64,000 nt of DNA from an uncultured Candidatus Saccharibacteria bacterium (GTDB taxonomy: Bacteria; Patescibacteriota; Minisyncoccia; Phycocordibacterales; XYD1-FULL-46-19): positions 5,252-69,251 of the forward strand of contig CAZXCI010000004.1 of the NCBI GenBank assembly GCA_964639285.1. The letters run 5' to 3'. The first letter of the stretch is position 1, and the number at the start of each line of letters is the position of its first letter. Below are positions 9,010 to 18,591 of this stretch, in pieces. The notes beneath the pieces are model-generated. The model worked only from the letters and a program-made list of their open reading frames with translations, did not search any database and was not told the DNA's origin. The position numbers and the translations under genes are program-made.

Positions 9010-10320
9010 ATGTCGTCATCAATAACAAACACCGGTGATAATACGCTTTCGTCAAACTTAAAGAGCATTTTGCCTAATTGCGATAAGGTAGATGCTTTGG
9101 TTGGATATTTTTACTTCTCTGGTTTTCGGGATTTACATAATGAACTAAAAGATAAACAAATTAGAATCTTGGTTGGAATGGATATTGATAAGAAAATTAT
9201 TGATAAAGTATCAACACTCAAAGATTTAAACCTAGACTCATATACAACAGATACAAAAACATCTTCTCGCTCTATTGCAAAGGATGATTACATTGAGAAC
9301 TTTTCAAGGATTTTTAACGACACAGATTTTTTTGATAATGACGAATCTCAGAAAGCTTTTGAGATATTTTTTTCGCAGGCAGACGAGACTAAAGAGTTAA
9401 ATATTTATAAAATCGAACACAAGATCTTAACACTAACGACTTGCGCGGTTATGGAAGATAAAAATAATTTAACCTCTTTTGAAATTGACGGTGTTAAATT
9501 TTCTCATTGGGAATTTAATTATCGAGACGGTTGGACAAATGACGCTTGGTTAGCGACGGCAGAAATTTCAGCTGAAAGTTTTTTGGATGCTTTAAATGAA
9601 TTAGCGAGAAAACTTTCAAAATTAATCTCTCGTATTTCTTTAATTTCCCAATCTTATATTGAATATATCAACGAACCATTTCTTATTCATAAAAAAGGGA
9701 GTGACGTATTTTTCTTCCGCTACGTAGCAGATGCTCATGTTGGAGGATTGATGTTTATGGAAAATGAACAAAAAGCTTTAAATCAACTTCTTAATAATAA
9801 AAACGTTCCAGAACCTTTTTATTATTATTGGAATGATGCAATCAACGCTTCTGGGTATTCAGCCAAATTACTTCTCATGTTTTCTGCGATTGAGTCACTT
9901 GTTAAAGATAATGGTAAAAAAAATTGGAATTTAACAAATGAAATATTAGGAAAAGATCTAGTTAAAGAATTGTTTGGGACGAAAGAAAATTCAAATACTG
10001 GACTTAGGCACAGACTTGTCCATGGAGAATATTTTGGAAATCTCGATCATGGGAAAAATTATCTGGAACTCGTTCACAATAAAGTAATATCTTACTTTAA
10101 TAAAAAAGTTTTAGACGAAAAATTAATACTAGAAAATATTGTTAATCCTCAGAGAAATTTGTTTGGAAATAAAGAACAAGAAAATTTCTTCTTGAAGGGT
10201 AAAGTCGAGCATAGAGATTTAAATCTGAAAGAAGTACTCAAAGATTTTGATGAAAACCGACCAATTTTACCCCAAAATTATGAAATTATTTATGACAAAA
10301 ATCTAGTGAATGTCTATTAA
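9010..10320 (+). CDS. hypothetical 436-aa protein with PLD-like N-terminal signature, co-operonic with the XRE regulator
   Basis: VDALVGYFYFSGFRDLHNELKDKQIRILVGMDID resembles the a.GYF..SGf..l...l....iRiLvG N-terminus of PLDc_2/NgoFVII-type nuclease domains; starts 1 nt after the XRE stop. Confidence 0.4.
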   Translation: MSSSITNTGDNTLSSNLKSILPNCDKVDALVGYFYFSGFRDLHNELKDKQIRILVGMDIDKKIIDKVSTLKDLNLDSYTTDTKTSSRSIAKDDYIENFSRIFNDTDFFDNDESQKAFEIFFSQADETKELNIYKIEHKILTLTTCAVMEDKNNLTSFEIDGVKFSHWEFNYRDGWTNDAWLATAEISAESFLDALNELARKLSKLISRISLISQSYIEYINEPFLIHKKGSDVFFFRYVADAHVGGLMFMENEQKALNQLLNNKNVPEPFYYYWNDAINASGYSAKLLLMFSAIESLVKDNGKKNWNLTNEILGKDLVKELFGTKENSNTGLRHRLVHGEYFGNLDHGKNYLELVHNKVISYFNKKVLDEKLILENIVNPQRNLFGNKEQENFFLKGKVEHRDLNLKEVLKDFDENRPILPQNYEIIYDKNLVNVY

Positions 10321-10361
10321 AAGCTTAGAAATTGCCATATTATTAAGCTACCAAAGCAAAA

Positions 10362-10392
10362 GGGCCTGCGCGGAATAAATCCTTGCAGGCCC
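10362..10392. terminator. bidirectional hairpin terminator between convergent genes
   Basis: GGGCCTGCgcggaataaatccttGCAGGCCC, 8-bp GC stem. Confidence 0.55.
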
Positions 10393-10396
10393 TGTG

Positions 10397-12073
10397 TTAG
10401 ATAGTTCTAAGCAACTTGCGTGCCTTCTGCTCGGCCATGGCGACATACTCGTGAAAGTCGTCGACTTTGTTTAATTTGTTGTCAGCGATGAGATAAGCGA
10501 AATCGATTCTTGCCTTCTCAAGGAAATCGCGGTCATGAGATACCAAGATCACGGTTCCCTTGTAACTCGATAGAACTTCTTCAAGTGCTTCGACAGCTTC
10601 GGCGTCAAGATGATTGGTTGGCTCATCAAGCACTAAAGCGTTAACCGACAACAGAGAGAATAGGCTGAGCAATAAGCGAGCACGGCCACCCGGACTAATC
10701 TCAGAGATTTTGCCTCGGATGTCTTTCTCTCCGAAGCCAAACCTCACTAGGGCGGCGAAAACTTCCTGATCGATTCGTCCCGTTCGCTCTTTGATAAAAG
10801 CGAGCAAAGTTTCTTCGCGAGAGAGTGTCTCGTGCTCTTGCATCATGTTGCCGATCTTGAGACCAGAACCAATTGAGACTTGACCAGAGATCGGGGCCAG
10901 TTTGCCCGTGATCGTCTTGAGGAGTGTTGACTTGCCACTGCCGTTAAGCCCAAGAAAACCGACTCGATTGCCGTAACTGATGGCCAAACTAATCGGTCCA
11001 ATTTCAAACCGACCAGGATAACCAGCAACTACTTGGTCAAGCGAGATATCCATCGGACTACCATTGCTGTAGGCTTCAAGCGAGATAGACAACGGTTCGT
11101 GATCAACGACTCTTTCCACTTTATCCATTCGTTCGATCCGCTTCTCAAGAACCTTGGCCACCTTACCGGACTTTGACGATTTGTCTTGCTTGAAACCGCG
11201 CAAGAACTTATCATTGTCGCTACCTTGCCAACGAGAACCGCGAGTTGCTGCCGCTTTTTTCTCTCTGGCTTGTTCGGTGAGTCGGCTTATTTCCTCCTGT
11301 TGTTGACGATACTGCTCTTTCTGTCGGCTACGATCTTTCGCTTTTCGTTCGAGATACTCACTATATGAGCCGTTGCTCACATTGAGCAATCGAGTTTGTC
11401 GATCAAGTTCGAAAACTCGATCGGTTACTCGATCTAAGAAGCGTCGATCGTGCGAGACGATGATGCAGGCCACATCAGACTTCAACAAAAAATCTTCCAA
11501 CCAAATCAAGGCTGGCAGATCCAAGTTGTTCGTCGGCTCGTCGAGCAGAAGCAGGTCGATGCCGGTTAGCAGGATGCCTATCAGAGCAACTTTGCTCTTT
11601 TGACCGCTAGACAGATCGGATAACGGCCGATCAAGTCCAACATTGTCCATACTGAAACCAGACATCATCACTTCGGCTCGATGTTTGAGTGAGTAGCCAT
11701 CGAGATGGTCATAACGCTCATGGACGTTGGCATAGTGATCGCTTATCGCTTTGTCACTCAAACCAGTTTCCAGTCGAACCAACTCTTCTTCCAGTGCGGC
11801 GATACCTGTCACCCGGTGCAGATACTGCCAAATCGTCTCGGTCCCAGCCATGCTGGTATCTTGGGGCATATAGCCAAGACAGGTGCCTCGACTAATTTCG
11901 ACTTGACCGCTCTCTGCTACATCCAAACCAGCGATAATCTTAAGCAGGGTTGTTTTACCAACCCCATTACTACCAACCAAAGCCACTCTTTGCCCACGTT
12001 CCAAGCTAAAGGAGACGTCGGAGAACACGACTTTAGTACCGTAGCTTTTGCTGATTTTCTTAACTTTTAGCAT
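10397..12073 (-). CDS. ABC-F family ATPase (EttA/ARE-like translation factor; two ABC domains, no TM)
   Basis: Two Walker A motifs (GSNGVGKTT, GLNGSGKST), two LSGGQ-type signatures, charged ~85-aa interdomain linker; GC richer than the host. Confidence 0.75.
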   Translation of the reverse strand: MLKVKKISKSYGTKVVFSDVSFSLERGQRVALVGSNGVGKTTLLKIIAGLDVAESGQVEISRGTCLGYMPQDTSMAGTETIWQYLHRVTGIAALEEELVRLETGLSDKAISDHYANVHERYDHLDGYSLKHRAEVMMSGFSMDNVGLDRPLSDLSSGQKSKVALIGILLTGIDLLLLDEPTNNLDLPALIWLEDFLLKSDVACIIVSHDRRFLDRVTDRVFELDRQTRLLNVSNGSYSEYLERKAKDRSRQKEQYRQQQEEISRLTEQAREKKAAATRGSRWQGSDNDKFLRGFKQDKSSKSGKVAKVLEKRIERMDKVERVVDHEPLSISLEAYSNGSPMDISLDQVVAGYPGRFEIGPISLAISYGNRVGFLGLNGSGKSTLLKTITGKLAPISGQVSIGSGLKIGNMMQEHETLSREETLLAFIKERTGRIDQEVFAALVRFGFGEKDIRGKISEISPGGRARLLLSLFSLLSVNALVLDEPTNHLDAEAVEALEEVLSSYKGTVILVSHDRDFLEKARIDFAYLIADNKLNKVDDFHEYVAMAEQKARKLLRTI

Positions 12074-12191
12074 AGTTCTTAGTCTCCTTTCCCTTGTTGT
12101 TAGGCCTAATTGCCTAGAATTATAGCATTTACGAAGAACACCCCAAAGTGATTCTACTCTAATTTACCATAATGTAAATACTATAAAACTA

Positions 12192-12218
12192 AATCCCCGA
12201 GTAGTCCAGAGCTACTCG
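12192..12218 (-). terminator. rho-independent terminator of the rSAM-MTAP operon
   Basis: CCCCGAGTAGtccagagCTACTCGGGG, a perfect 10-bp stem followed by a U-run on the minus strand. Confidence 0.6.
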
Positions 12219-12240
12219 GGGATGGGAACAAAGGGATAAT

Positions 12241-13137
12241 TCAGCTTTCATAGTAGGCTTTGATGGAGGTTTCGGCGCATCGACACTGCATCCGACTGGA
12301 CATCAGATCGATAAAACCGAGAAGTAACTGCTTGGTTCTGGCGATATCGTCTCGAAAGACGGTCAGCACTGCTTCCCGATTCGATGTATTAAAAAGGTCC
12401 ATGGTTAAGGCCTTACCAACACCGACATCATAGTCGGTGATCGCGGCAATCGCTCCGTAGCACAACCCCAATTCGCGGGCAAAGTAACATTCGGGATATT
12501 GAGTCATGTTGACCAGATCCCAACCATTCTTCGCCAGCCACTCGCTTTCTGCTCGTGTCGAGAAGCGAGGACCTTGGATCACCGCAACTGTCCCAGTCGG
12601 GGTGACAGCTAACGGAATTCTCCTTGCCAGCTCGATTAAAAGCATTCGCATTTCGGTACAATAGGGGTTAGCCATCGGTAGGTGCAGAAACGAGTGGTCC
12701 GTCTCGAAATGATCGTCTCGACCCCACGTCAGATTGACGAATTGATCAAGAACAACCAAACTTCCCGGGACTAACTCCTTTTGCAAACTACCGGCGATAC
12801 AAGTCGCAACAATGTGACGAACACCGATTTCCTTCAATGCCCACAAATTGGCTTTGTAGGGCACGCGATGCGGTGGCCAGTTGTGCTTTTCTCCGTGTCT
12901 TGGTAGAAAAGCGACAACTTTTCCGGCATATTCTCCGATCAAGATTTGATCAGACGTTGGACCGTAAGGGGTGACAACATCAACCTTCTCAATCGGATTT
13001 AACTCGGAAAAACTGCATAGGCCGGAACCGCCGATGATCGCTAGCTCGGGTCTTTGGCCCGAAGCCAGTTTAACACTTGAACTTGGACCAGATGAGCTCA
13101 TTGAACACCTCCTGCGTAAAAACGCGACTAGATTCAT
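12241..13137 (-). CDS. mtnP: 5'-methylthioadenosine/purine nucleoside phosphorylase (MtnP/MTAP family)
   Basis: ELAIIGGSGL N-terminal PNP motif and family-like length; likely start at the internal MSSSGP (13101). Overlaps the rSAM gene end. Confidence 0.6.
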   Translation of the reverse strand: MNLVAFLRRRCSMSSSGPSSSVKLASGQRPELAIIGGSGLCSFSELNPIEKVDVVTPYGPTSDQILIGEYAGKVVAFLPRHGEKHNWPPHRVPYKANLWALKEIGVRHIVATCIAGSLQKELVPGSLVVLDQFVNLTWGRDDHFETDHSFLHLPMANPYCTEMRMLLIELARRIPLAVTPTGTVAVIQGPRFSTRAESEWLAKNGWDLVNMTQYPECYFARELGLCYGAIAAITDYDVGVGKALTMDLFNTSNREAVLTVFRDDIARTKQLLLGFIDLMSSRMQCRCAETSIKAYYES

Positions 13138-14395
13138 CCATCGCCATAAGGTTGCCAGTTAACTCGCGACAACCCCAGGCGCAACCAGCTCCACACAAAC
13201 TCTTGAAATCATCCTCACGGAAACCGGGGTGATAGAGTGGCAGACGTTTCCGCCACTCAGTGACAACTGACGTGTTCCAGATTCGGAAATCCGAGGCCAA
13301 CACTTGAACAGCACCAAGCTCTTCTCTCGCGAATGGACAATTGGACACCTGGCCGTTGGCCAAGACAACCAATTGATTACCGTAGCAAGTACAATCAACA
13401 GGGAAGAAATCTTGACCATCAAAGGCCTCAATCTTTTTCTCCATCTGGTAATCGCCATGATGCTTAGCGTTGGCGATTACCGCTTGGGCCGCTTGGTGAT
13501 AATAACGATCCAGACCATCAACTCCGACAATCTCAAGCAGAGCTTTCCCTTTTAGGAAATTGAAGCCGAATTTCTCGACTCCGAGTCCTTCAAAGAACTG
13601 GCTGTAACTCTCGAGCTGATCGATGTTGTGTGGGGTGATCGTTACCGAAGCGAAGGTCTTAACCCTATGATTAACAAGGGCATTGATCGCTTCAACCGTT
13701 CGCTCATAGGTGCCTTTCCCACCAGCATCGGGACGATAGATATCATTGATCTCGGGTGGGCCATCAAGCCCCACCGCTACCAACAAATCATATTCTCGAC
13801 ATAGACGCAGGAAATTATCGTTTACCAACGAGCCGTTGGTTGTCACCATCAGGAAGATACGCGAAGTCGGCAAAGCACCATTCTCGCGCAAACCTTTCAA
13901 GTAGACAAGGACATCCTCCATCACTTCGCAGTTCAGGAGCGGTTCGCCTCCATAGAAAATGACATAGTAATCAATCTCCGGGTCAGCGACTTCCCTCAGA
14001 TGATCCAGCCAAAGATTAACTCCGGCGATCGCGTTGTCTCGACTTAAACATTTTTCCGCTTGGGACAAAGAGGCTTTAGCCGGACAGTAACGACAACCAA
14101 AATTGCATCTTTGAGAAAGCATGAGGTACAAGATTACAGGTTGATTCAGCTTCTTTAACAGTTTAGCCGAGACCAACCGATACTCCGCCTCATCCTCTTC
14201 CACTGAGTTGATAACCAATTTCTTGGCCAGCAACCCATCCAGTATCTCTTGAGGAATATCTCCTATCGAACCAGTTGTGAGCCCCACCCATTCGCCATCA
14301 GGCAAATATATAGGACTCGGGTGAAGGTCGTGAAAGAGGGCCACCAAGCCACTCTTCCGGCGAACTCTCAGATAACGCGACCATTGTAGTGACAT
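13070..14395 (-). CDS. radical SAM/SPASM-domain enzyme (anSME/peptide-maturase type)
   Basis: CNFGCRYC matches CxxxCxxC; C-terminal Cys cluster (CTCYGN...NCPF, CGAGCAWGC). Start set at MSLQWS (14395), preceded by AGGAGGG; the longer track ORF has an implausible Arg/Pro-rich extension. Confidence 0.7.
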   Translation of the reverse strand: MSLQWSRYLRVRRKSGLVALFHDLHPSPIYLPDGEWVGLTTGSIGDIPQEILDGLLAKKLVINSVEEDEAEYRLVSAKLLKKLNQPVILYLMLSQRCNFGCRYCPAKASLSQAEKCLSRDNAIAGVNLWLDHLREVADPEIDYYVIFYGGEPLLNCEVMEDVLVYLKGLRENGALPTSRIFLMVTTNGSLVNDNFLRLCREYDLLVAVGLDGPPEINDIYRPDAGGKGTYERTVEAINALVNHRVKTFASVTITPHNIDQLESYSQFFEGLGVEKFGFNFLKGKALLEIVGVDGLDRYYHQAAQAVIANAKHHGDYQMEKKIEAFDGQDFFPVDCTCYGNQLVVLANGQVSNCPFAREELGAVQVLASDFRIWNTSVVTEWRKRLPLYHPGFREDDFKSLCGAGCAWGCRELTGNLMAMDESSRVFTQEVFNELIWSKFKC

Positions 14396-14502
14396 AAGCC
14401 CTCCTTTCTGTTTTGTCGCATCTATATTAAAAGCCCCCGCCAACACAGACGTCATTGTCCGTATCAGCAAAGGGCTTTGTTTTCGCGGCGCGGTGCCCGC
14501 GC

Positions 14503-14679
14503 TTACTCGGCGGTCTGTTTCAGGGCCATCCACTGGTCGTGTGTCAGCTTGACGTGGCCACCGTGGTCGTCCTTGATGTGGACCTCGCCGGGCGTGTTGA
14601 AGTCGACGGTCGGGCAACAACCCTGAACACCGCACAGCGTAACAACGCCCTTTTTCACCATACTCGTGGGAGCATCCAT
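14503..14679 (-). CDS. 58-aa Cys-rich small protein, candidate precursor/substrate peptide of the adjacent rSAM
   Basis: MDAPTSMVKKGVVTLCGVQGCCPTVDFNTPGEVHIKDDHGGHVKLTHDQWMALKQTAE; GGAGG lies 9 nt upstream of the second ATG; same strand, 107 nt upstream of the rSAM gene. Confidence 0.45.
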   Translation of the reverse strand: MDAPTSMVKKGVVTLCGVQGCCPTVDFNTPGEVHIKDDHGGHVKLTHDQWMALKQTAE

Positions 14680-14801
14680 GATACTTCTTACCTCCATATT
14701 ATAGGGAACATTGCCATATACCTTTTCTCCACATAGAGAAAGGTAATGACTCTGGTTAAAGGATAGTATGAATAAAGAGAGGTGTCAAGCTCTCATAGAT
14801 A

Positions 14802-15185
14802 TTATCTCCGGTCAAAATAGTCTTGTACCTTAGCCGCTAAAGCCATCGGCATTAGTTCGGTTTTGCCCCAGAATTCAGTCGCTCCCAGTGCCATAAATTT
14901 TTCTTTAACCTCTTTCTTGTCAAGATTAGTAAAAACAATGACTGGGATATCTTTAGTTTCAGGATCGACTTTCAGTCTTTTTAATACTTCTTCACCATCG
15001 ACATCTTCCATGACAATATCGAGAACGATAACTTTGGGATGCCATCTTTTAGCTTGTTGGATACCAACTTCACCACCATTGGCCATAACACTAGGAATTT
15101 TCATTAAGTCAAAAGCTGATTTGTATAAAAACATCTGATCCGAATCATCCTCAATCATTAATACTTGTTTTATTTCTTCGGCCAT
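14802..15185 (-). CDS. stand-alone response regulator receiver (CheY-like REC) protein
   Basis: VLMIEDD...KVIVLDIVMEDVDG...IPVIVFTN receiver motifs; no output domain. Confidence 0.7.
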   Translation of the reverse strand: MAEEIKQVLMIEDDSDQMFLYKSAFDLMKIPSVMANGGEVGIQQAKRWHPKVIVLDIVMEDVDGEEVLKRLKVDPETKDIPVIVFTNLDKKEVKEKFMALGATEFWGKTELMPMALAAKVQDYFDRR

Positions 15186-15216
15186 AATATTTATTTATAG
15201 TGAGTTTATTGAACTG

Positions 15217-17376
15217 TTATTTAGTTTTTGGGATTGTAATTGTAAATTCAGTACCTTTACCTTCTTCACTAGTGAATGTAATTGTTCCACCAGAGTGAGC
15301 CTCGATGATTTCTTTAGTGATAAAAAGACCTAAGCCAGAACCATCAGTGTACATATCGACAGCATTTTTTGCCCGTTCAAATTTGCCAAACATCCTCGCT
15401 TGATCATCTTTCGGGATACCGACACCCGTATCTTTAACCTTAATGATAATACTTTGGGGATTTTCGTCCAGTAGCACTTCTACCTTACCCTCTTTGGTGT
15501 ACTTCAGCGCGTTATCAACCAGATTGAAGCAGGCCTGTTCCAAGTAATCGGGATCAGAATTGATTTGCGGATTGGCCAGATTAGGAGTAAAGATTAATTG
15601 TAGCTTCTTCTCATTGGCAAAGGTTTGATTGTCAGCAATGACATCAGTCAATATTTTGTTAAGCTCAACGGGTACGATCCTTTTCTCCACAAAACTAAAT
15701 TTCTCTGTATCAAATTCCGAAGCTTGAAGAATGTCGCGAATGATTTGGCTAATCTTAAGCGACTTTTGATAGATATTATCAATCAACTTATTCTGCGTCT
15801 CGACTGGCATTTTTTGGACCGAACCCTCTTTGAACATTGAGATAGTGCCAGAAATAACAGAGATTGGAGTTTTAAGTTGGTGAGAAGCGATGTCCAAAAA
15901 TTCTGACCTCATCGCTAACAATTTCTTTAAGTGTTCCGCTTGCTCTTCAAGCACCTTGGTCTTATCTTGCAAGCTCATTGTCTGCTCGTTGACTTTTTGT
16001 TTGAGTGTTTTGTTGAAATCCTTAACTTCCTTGTATAGTTCGGCGTTATCAATCGCGATCGCGGCTTGATTTGAGAGTGTCATTAGCAACTCAAGGTCTT
16101 CAACTGTAAATGGATCACCGATCACTTTTGGGCCTAAAATAATTAAGCCAATCAAACGCTCGTTACTAACCATGGGCAAACAAATTGTTGCCCCTAAACT
16201 CTTAACTTGCTCATAAACAGCACTAAAAATTTCTCGCTGTTCTTTTAATCTCTCGTCGTTAACTAAAATACTCAATTCTTCAAGTACCACCGGGCGTTGA
16301 TTAGTTTGCAGGTATTTTATAAGTGGGTCTTTTTTTACTGAACGGTCATTCTTCTGAAATAAATTAATCTCTACTCGGGTGATGCCAAGAGATTCTCTGA
16401 TTGTTGTCGAAACCAAATCATTAATTTTAGACAAGTCGGTATAGTGAGTTAATTGACCAGAGACCCGATTAATAGTTTCTTGGTAATTGTAGAGCGAAAA
16501 AAATAAATATTTATTGGCTAATTTTTCAATCCACTTGGAAGAATACTGGAAAAGTGTGACAAAAAGAACCGCAATGACAATTCCAAGGAGGAAAGATTTA
16601 TTAGAATAAGCTCCACCAAGTAGATTATTTTCAAACCAGAGAATAACGTAATAGGCGACATAAGCAATAACACTCGCTCCGGCAAAAATAAAAATCTTTC
16701 GAGCGACGATGCGAATGTCCATTAAGCGATAGCGGATAATTGAATAAGCCACGGTGGCAACATAAGCTGAAGTAAAGATATTAAAAATCGGCGGAATAGG
16801 GATATAATACCAGAGAAAATAATTAGTCGAACCGCCAGCAAAACCAAAAATCATACCTAGTAAAACATATTTAATTTGAAGTCGTTGCAAGCCTTCAGCA
16901 GAACGATAACGTTGATAAAGCAGATAGGAAGAATAGATGACGTAGGCTAACCAAATCGGCAAGAAGATATTAAAGATTGGACCAGCAATTGGCCAGAAAG
17001 CAAAGCCGAGAAGTGGTTCGACATGACTAATAAACAAAGGAGTAGCATTAAATAGAAGGAAGATAACAAAAAGAAAATAACTAAGAACCAGAAATATCTT
17101 TTGTTTTGGGATATTTAAAAAACGAAGGACAAAGTGTAAATAAGTAACCGGAATAAAAATTGCACCCGCCATTAATACTCGGCACCAAAATAGGGCTGAA
17201 TCAGGATTATTAGCAATCTGCCAGAGATAATAAAAGAAACTCCAAAAAGCGATAGTAAAAGCAAAGGCCGAAAAAGCCTGACTCGTTCGGTCTTTTTTAT
17301 TCTTAACTAAAACAAAAAGCCCAAGTCCCAAACTCGTTAAAAAATTAAATAGTGCCGAGAAAGCGTAAAAAGTCAT
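15217..17376 (-). CDS. sensor histidine kinase (multi-TM N-terminus, GAF, HisKA, HATPase_c)
   Basis: H-box SHQLKTPIS, G-boxes (DTGVGIP, GSGLGLFI), ~7 N-terminal hydrophobic helices. Confidence 0.75.
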   Translation of the reverse strand: MTFYAFSALFNFLTSLGLGLFVLVKNKKDRTSQAFSAFAFTIAFWSFFYYLWQIANNPDSALFWCRVLMAGAIFIPVTYLHFVLRFLNIPKQKIFLVLSYFLFVIFLLFNATPLFISHVEPLLGFAFWPIAGPIFNIFLPIWLAYVIYSSYLLYQRYRSAEGLQRLQIKYVLLGMIFGFAGGSTNYFLWYYIPIPPIFNIFTSAYVATVAYSIIRYRLMDIRIVARKIFIFAGASVIAYVAYYVILWFENNLLGGAYSNKSFLLGIVIAVLFVTLFQYSSKWIEKLANKYLFFSLYNYQETINRVSGQLTHYTDLSKINDLVSTTIRESLGITRVEINLFQKNDRSVKKDPLIKYLQTNQRPVVLEELSILVNDERLKEQREIFSAVYEQVKSLGATICLPMVSNERLIGLIILGPKVIGDPFTVEDLELLMTLSNQAAIAIDNAELYKEVKDFNKTLKQKVNEQTMSLQDKTKVLEEQAEHLKKLLAMRSEFLDIASHQLKTPISVISGTISMFKEGSVQKMPVETQNKLIDNIYQKSLKISQIIRDILQASEFDTEKFSFVEKRIVPVELNKILTDVIADNQTFANEKKLQLIFTPNLANPQINSDPDYLEQACFNLVDNALKYTKEGKVEVLLDENPQSIIIKVKDTGVGIPKDDQARMFGKFERAKNAVDMYTDGSGLGLFITKEIIEAHSGGTITFTSEEGKGTEFTITIPKTK

Positions 17377-17461
17377 TTGATATTTTTGAGAAAGAAAAAT
17401 CGCCCCGACTCAGTGTTTATTATAATACCAAGTCCGGGCGACGTCAGGCTCTTTCTGTTGA

Positions 17462-18508
17462 TTAAGCCTTCTTGTGAGCGACAACGATACCGTGGATCAT
17501 AAGGGGCTCGTAAATCAGGCGGAAATCATCGAAGTAGGACTGCTCGATGACGTCAGCGAGTTCTCGTGGCGACCGATAGATCATTGGCCAGTTGATAACC
17601 CACTTGAGGAAGTGCTGTTCGAAGTTCGGAGCAATGTTGCAGGTCAGATACAGACCGCCAGGCATTAGTGACTGCCTGATTTGCGACGACAGATGGATCG
17701 CCGTTTCTTGTGGTAGGTAGTCGAGCAGGCCCAACATCTCTACCACATGCGGTTTGAAGTCACGAGCAAAGTCCAAATTCTTGAGTGCGTTCGCTTGCAA
17801 GGTTTGGATTCGATCACGAACTCCATACTGTTCTGCTAATTGCTCAGCGTAAGCCAGTGCGGCCGGATTGATGTCGACCAGAAGCACTTTGACCGTGATG
17901 CCTTGTCGCTTGAGACGTGACACCACTTTAATCACGGCTTCGGCCGATCCGCAAGCCAAGGACATAATCCGCACTTCCGGCTCATTCGCGAACTGCACCA
18001 GCGCCCGACGGACCTCCATGGTCACAACTTTCAAACGGTTACGCACCGCTTGAGCGTTGACCATACCGATCCAGAAATCATCTAGTAATCCGCCAATTGT
18101 GCGTTTTCCACCAAATTGGTGGTTGTAGATGATGTCAAGAGCCTTCCAACCGGCCGCCGTTCCCTTGATCTGCATCAATTCCGATCCAAGACCATCAAAC
18201 CAGAGAGTATTGATGGACGGACCAGGCAGACCGAGGGCTTGGCGCAATTGTTTCTTGGCCATCACCCAGAGGGTGAGTAACCAAGAGATTGGCAGGGTTA
18301 GCACATACGGCCAGTAGCGCTTCTCGTACACAGAACGAGATGTCCCGACAGTATGCCCAACCGTTCCCGCTTCTTCGGCCAACCAATTGGCTTCCGAGGC
18401 AATTTCGATAGTCAAACCTTGTCCGTTCATTGCTATTCTCTCCTTTCTCAGGTTGTTTTTCACAAAGACCAAGTTATTGTTTGATTCCATTTTCCATGGA
18501 ACCACCAA
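17462..18508 (-). CDS. class I SAM-dependent methyltransferase-like protein
   Basis: IMSLACGSAEAV...VKVLLVDINPAAL is a Rossmann-type motif I / post I; GC-rich; start may be the internal MNGQ. Confidence 0.45.
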   Translation of the reverse strand: MVVPWKMESNNNLVFVKNNLRKERIAMNGQGLTIEIASEANWLAEEAGTVGHTVGTSRSVYEKRYWPYVLTLPISWLLTLWVMAKKQLRQALGLPGPSINTLWFDGLGSELMQIKGTAAGWKALDIIYNHQFGGKRTIGGLLDDFWIGMVNAQAVRNRLKVVTMEVRRALVQFANEPEVRIMSLACGSAEAVIKVVSRLKRQGITVKVLLVDINPAALAYAEQLAEQYGVRDRIQTLQANALKNLDFARDFKPHVVEMLGLLDYLPQETAIHLSSQIRQSLMPGGLYLTCNIAPNFEQHFLKWVINWPMIYRSPRELADVIEQSYFDDFRLIYEPLMIHGIVVAHKKA

Positions 18509-18591
18509 ATATAAGACTAGTCAAGTTTTTGTGCACAAAACTAAAGGGGGCCTGGATTTCTCCACACCCCCCGTTTCTCCTTTCTCTTGTT

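Noticed and set aside
13070-14635. Long 521-aa version of the rSAM ORF
   Set aside because: The N-terminal 80 aa are Arg/Pro-rich with no RBS, whereas the internal ATG at 14395 has an AGGAGGG Shine-Dalgarno; the shorter start is preferred.
14455-14736. 93-aa plus-strand ORF and other 60-100-aa ORFs antisense within the GC-rich genes (10.8-14.7 kb)
   Set aside because: They overlap well-supported genes on the opposite strand; high GC inflates spurious ORF length.
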